DNA from: Desulfobacterales bacterium
GTDB taxonomy: Bacteria; Desulfobacterota; Desulfobacteria; Desulfobacterales; UBA2174
DNA: 64,000 nucleotides
Assembly: GCA_963668645.2 (NCBI GenBank)
Contig: CAXXWC010000021.1
Coordinates: forward strand, 1,558,114-1,622,113
Direction: 5' to 3'
The notes under the pieces are model-generated. The model had not been told where the DNA came from, searched no databases, and was given only the letters and a program-made list of their open reading frames with translations. Shown piece after piece: positions 60,196-64,000 of the stretch. The translations under genes were made by a program, and so were the position numbers. Position 1 is the stretch's first letter, and every line of letters starts with the position of its first letter.

Positions 60196-61272
60196 ATGGC
60201 AAAAAAGGCGATCCTCATTCTCGCTGTCCTGGCCGCGGTGTTTGTCTGCTACCGCCAGACCCACAAGGATTATTACGACTATCTGACCATGTCCGGGGCC
60301 ACGCCGCTGGCGGTGGCCCGGCGCGTGCCGCCGGATGTGCACCTGGAAATCGACGGCCTGGTGAAAAAGCACTACCGCTTTTCCGGCGACGCCCTCAACG
60401 CACTGGCCGCCACGCGGATCCGCACCCGCGAGATTTCGCCCCGCGGCGAGTATCTGGGTGCCTACATCCACATAGGCATTCCGGCCTTCAACATCCTCGA
60501 GGGGATCGCACCACAGAAACCGGCAGGTTGCATATTTGACCAGCCCACGGACATCCTGGTGACCTTCCATGCCGCCACCGGGGAGAAAAGACAGTTCAGC
60601 TTCAACGAGCTGATCATGACCGGAGACTGTATGCCACCGACCCTGGCCTTCAGCCGCAAGCCGGTGATGCCCACCAACGAGGCGGTCCGGCAAAACTATG
60701 GTGGCAACCAGTTTGCGGCGGATGTAAAGGGCCTGCGCCTGATCTGCCCCAAAGAGCCGGACACCTCGCGCTACCTGGACGATGTGGTGCGCATCTCTTA
60801 CGGGACAATCCCGGTGGACGAGACCCTGCTGCCACCGCGCCGTAAGAAGTTCATCTGCCGCAGCGACGGCATCACCTGCAGCGATGGACAGCACCGCTTT
60901 GCGGCGCGCTTTGACACCGCCCGGCGCGCCCTCAATCCGCGCTGGATCCGCATCGGCCATGGACACGGATACGATCAGATCGCCAGCGTGGCCGGATTCG
61001 ACCTGGGCACTTTTCTGGGTGCCAACTTCCCGGGCGCAGTCCCGGACGATTTTTTCCTCTTTGTCGCCTGCGACGGATACCGAGCGCTGTTTTCAGGACG
61101 AGAGATTTTCACCACCGCCGAAGGCGCGGCCATGATGATCGTGGACCGCATCGACGGCCAGGCCCCCGCCGCCGGATTCATGCTGGCCCCCACCGGGGAC
61201 TATTTTTCAGACCGGGCCATGTGGGGTTTGAGCCATGTGGTCCGGATCGACCTCACCCAAATCGGGAGTTGA
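60196..61272 (+). CDS. Membrane-anchored hypothetical protein with two sulfite-oxidase (Oxidored_molyb)-like folds
   Basis: N-terminal anchor; LEIDGLVKK.Y.FS..AL and G.P..NIL; second copy with FVACDGYRALFS; fold call by eye. Confidence 0.5.
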   Translation: MAKKAILILAVLAAVFVCYRQTHKDYYDYLTMSGATPLAVARRVPPDVHLEIDGLVKKHYRFSGDALNALAATRIRTREISPRGEYLGAYIHIGIPAFNILEGIAPQKPAGCIFDQPTDILVTFHAATGEKRQFSFNELIMTGDCMPPTLAFSRKPVMPTNEAVRQNYGGNQFAADVKGLRLICPKEPDTSRYLDDVVRISYGTIPVDETLLPPRRKKFICRSDGITCSDGQHRFAARFDTARRALNPRWIRIGHGHGYDQIASVAGFDLGTFLGANFPGAVPDDFFLFVACDGYRALFSGREIFTTAEGAAMMIVDRIDGQAPAAGFMLAPTGDYFSDRAMWGLSHVVRIDLTQIGS

Positions 61273-61274
61273 CC

Positions 61275-62021
61275 ATGTTCACCACCGGAGTCCATGCCTG
61301 GCTTTACGCCGCAGTGGGATGTTACGCCGCTGCCTGGCTGTCATTCGCCTGCCGCCGGCGCGCACCGGGGATCCTGGCCCTGGCCGCGGGCTTCATCCTC
61401 CAGAGCCTCTATCTGATCGGGCGCGGATGGTTGGGCGGGGTCTTTATCGCCCATCCGGTCGTCGAAGGACCGTTTCTGCTTCCCTGGTGCCTGGCCCTGA
61501 TCGCCGTGGTGCGTGCCCTGATCGCCCCCAAGGCACCCATGGGCGGCTTGCTGGCAATGGTCGGTATTTTTTCGCTTTTCTGCCTGTTTTACAGCAAGGG
61601 CATGATTCCACCGAGTCCGAAAAGACAATCGGTCTGGGCCATCTCTTTTTTCATCTCCGAGTCCATGGCCCACGCCCTGTTCTTTACCGGTGCCTGGATG
61701 GCCGTGATGAGCATCGCGGGCAAGGCGCCTGCCAACGCTTACCACACCTGGCTGGTCTGGGGCTTCAGCCTCTACACCGTGGCCCAGGTCACCGGGGCCC
61801 TCTGGTGTTTCGTGGGCTGGGGCAACACCTTCAGTTGGGGCTCCCGGCACCTGAATTCCGCAGCAATCTGGATCTTTTTCGCAGCATGCCTGCATCTGCA
61901 GTTCATCCCCAGATGGAAGAAAAAAAACGCTTTGCTCACCGTCGCCGGGGGACTGCTGGTTTTATACGTTAGCTACGGCAACTATCTTAACGAGATGGGC
62001 CGCCTGCGGGTGGGAGGATAA
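61275..62021 (+). CDS. CcsA/ResC-like membrane protein with degenerate WWD motif
   Basis: TGALWCFVGWGNTFSWG..., IW..FAACLH; multiple TMs. Confidence 0.7.
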   Translation: MFTTGVHAWLYAAVGCYAAAWLSFACRRRAPGILALAAGFILQSLYLIGRGWLGGVFIAHPVVEGPFLLPWCLALIAVVRALIAPKAPMGGLLAMVGIFSLFCLFYSKGMIPPSPKRQSVWAISFFISESMAHALFFTGAWMAVMSIAGKAPANAYHTWLVWGFSLYTVAQVTGALWCFVGWGNTFSWGSRHLNSAAIWIFFAACLHLQFIPRWKKKNALLTVAGGLLVLYVSYGNYLNEMGRLRVGG

Positions 62022-62023
62022 CC

Positions 62024-62905
62024 GTGCTCAAAACCATCTGGAATGCCTTGGGCGATACGCGCATCGCCGTGGTCCTGTTGCTGGCGGCTTCGGCAATGCT
62101 CATGACCGGTGCGTTCATTGCCGAGGGGCACTTTTCGTTTTTCATGGAACTGAACCACATCCGGATCCAAGACTGGCTGAAGGTCCACTGGACCTCCAGG
62201 CCGGAGCTGATCTGGTGGATTCCCGCGCTTTTTATCATCATGGGACTCTTGGGCATCAACACCTTTATCTGCGCCAGCAACCGCTGCGTACGGTTGATCG
62301 GCCAACGCCACAGCCTGTCGCCCGGCCGCTTTTTCTACCTACTGACCCCTTCACTGGTCCATTTCCTGTTTATCATCGTCATGCTGGGCCATCTGACAAC
62401 CTTTGTGGCGGGCAGATGGGAGACGGCGCCGCTGACGGCCGGCGGCCGGATCCAAACCTCGGACAAGGCCTCCGGGTATCATGTCAAAGCCGTTGAGGAT
62501 CAGTTCTTTCCTTCGGGTTCAGCGCTGCGGGACCAGCTGAGCCAGACCTTGGTCACCCTGGTCAGCACAGACGGAGAAAACAAGCAGATCCAATATGCCA
62601 GGCCGGTATTCATCGATGGGCAGTTCCTGCTTCTGGACAAGGCCCGCACCAAAAACAGGGCGACCCAAAAACCAGCGTCTTCCGTCACGGCGAACAAAAC
62701 GGGCCGCCAGGGGCCGGCTTCCACGGAAGCCCGATCCGGCCAAGGTTCCAAAACGGACCGGCCTTTTTTACTGGTGATTTCCGATCCCGGCCTGGGGGTC
62801 ATTGTTACCGGGCTGACGTTGATCATGGGGGTTGATGATCGCCCTATTTTATTCTCAAACCGAAGCTGGCCCAGGGGCTACAATGAGCAGGGAAATGAAG
62901 GCTGA
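62024..62905 (+). CDS. Short ResB/CcsB-like protein; 3' end probably frameshifted near 62830
   Basis: Three N-terminal TMs, NTFIC, LVHFLFIIVMLGH, DPG before last TM. Confidence 0.6.
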   Translation: MLKTIWNALGDTRIAVVLLLAASAMLMTGAFIAEGHFSFFMELNHIRIQDWLKVHWTSRPELIWWIPALFIIMGLLGINTFICASNRCVRLIGQRHSLSPGRFFYLLTPSLVHFLFIIVMLGHLTTFVAGRWETAPLTAGGRIQTSDKASGYHVKAVEDQFFPSGSALRDQLSQTLVTLVSTDGENKQIQYARPVFIDGQFLLLDKARTKNRATQKPASSVTANKTGRQGPASTEARSGQGSKTDRPFLLVISDPGLGVIVTGLTLIMGVDDRPILFSNRSWPRGYNEQGNEG

Positions 62906-62976
62906 ATTCAAAAAATGGATTCTTTTCAAAAAATCCCATCAATTCCCTGGGAAAAAAAAGAATGCGAGGGGGAAAA

Positions 62977-64000
62977 ATGAAAACGCCAGCCTGCCCGGTT
63001 TCGCCGCTCTAATGCCTGTGCATCTTCTTTGCGACCCGCCCGCCCCAGGCCGGCCCACGCCCGGCCCGCACCCTCACCGACATGGTCGGCCGGACCGTCC
63101 AATGTGCCCGATCGAGGCCCCGGCGCCTGGTGACCACCTTTCAAGCCCGCCTCGCTGTGCGTAACGGCCCCTCGGCCCTGCAGGCAAGGCTGGTGGGCGT
63201 CCGATACGGAATCCCAGGCGCGATCCGCTGCAAACTGGCCGTCGAACCGGCCCATCGCCCGCCCTGCCGGCCGTGGGCAAAAAAATCCCACCGGCCTGAA
63301 CTTCGAGGGCCATCCTGTCCCGTGAAAACCCCGACCTGGTGATTCTCTTTGCCCAAAAGGACGGCATCACCATCGCCGACCGCCTGGTCGACCATGGGGT
63401 GGGCGGCTATCGTGATCCTGCCGGAAAAAAATGCAGACCCCTTTACGCAACGTTGAAATTGATCGGCGAGGCGGCCCGGGGTTCCGCAAAGGGCCGAAGC
63501 GGCCATCGGCGCCTGCCGCCGTGTCATCGATCTGGTAAAAACGGCAGGTGGCGCCCATTTCAAGCAGATCAGCGCCGGGCTGGGTCTATTTTGCCGCCCC
63601 CCCAGGGGGTATTCTTCACGGCCTCGGGAGATCTGTTGCAAGATGAGATGATCTTTCTGGCGGGCGGGCGTCAATGCCGGGCAATGCACTCAAGCGGCTA
63701 TTTTCCGGGCAGATATCCCCCGAGCAGTTTCATCGCCTGGAACCCGGATCTGGTCATCCTTTCGTGCCACAGTTGCCCCCGCACGAGCCGAGGACGCCTT
63801 GCAGCAACCGCAGTTTGCCGGTGTTACGGCCGTGGCCGCCGGCCGGATTTATCAGTTTCCCGTCCAACATCGCCCCCTGGGATTTTCCATCGCCCTTATC
63901 TGCCCTGGGGGTTCTCTGGCTGGCGCAAAAGTGTTATCCGGAACAATTTGGCAATATCGATCTTGCGGCTGAAATCAACCGCTTCCATCTGGCCCTGTTC
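62977..64000 (+). pseudogene. Fe-siderophore/cobalamin-type ABC substrate-binding protein, many frameshifts, runs off window
   Basis: Fragments in shifting frames: TDMVGRTV, LVTTF, GLNFE, PDLVILFAQ, QDEMI, WNPDLVIL, AVAAGRIYQFP, LWLAQKCYPEQF. Confidence 0.7.

Overview
GC-rich bacterial DNA. Three sigma54 enhancer-binding proteins and the gene repertoire suggest a Desulfobacterota-like anaerobe (inference). In order: 3' end of ppdK; ahcY; a GldA/F/G-like ABC + DUF4340 + O-methyltransferase + mutY operon; tesB; FMN riboswitch-ribB; an XylR/V4R sigma54 activator flanked by two target promoters with identical enhancer geometry (small secreted repeat protein; FadL-type channel); an ATPase-less TolC/HlyD/ABC-2 exporter with its own sigma54 activator; GntR + M20 amidohydrolase + Dpp/Opp ABC; a sigma54-controlled atu-like acyclic terpenoid/branched acyl-CoA cluster; an ISAs1-type IS with a DUF4338-like N-terminus inserted at the start codon of a decayed glcD-like gene; a TetR-LolA-like-ABC-barrel operon. 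The last locus (52.1-64 kb) is the best candidate for an undescribed system: a 23x Dx[DN]xDG repeat protein, ExbBD-TonB, a TonB receptor, a metallophosphoesterase lipoprotein, a tandem sulfite-oxidase-fold-like protein, a CcsA/ResB-like pair that appears to keep the membrane haem His residues but not the WWD/periplasmic His site, and an ABC binding protein. The final ~1.2 kb is heavily frameshifted, probably from sequence error. All family calls are by eye from motifs; no searches were run.
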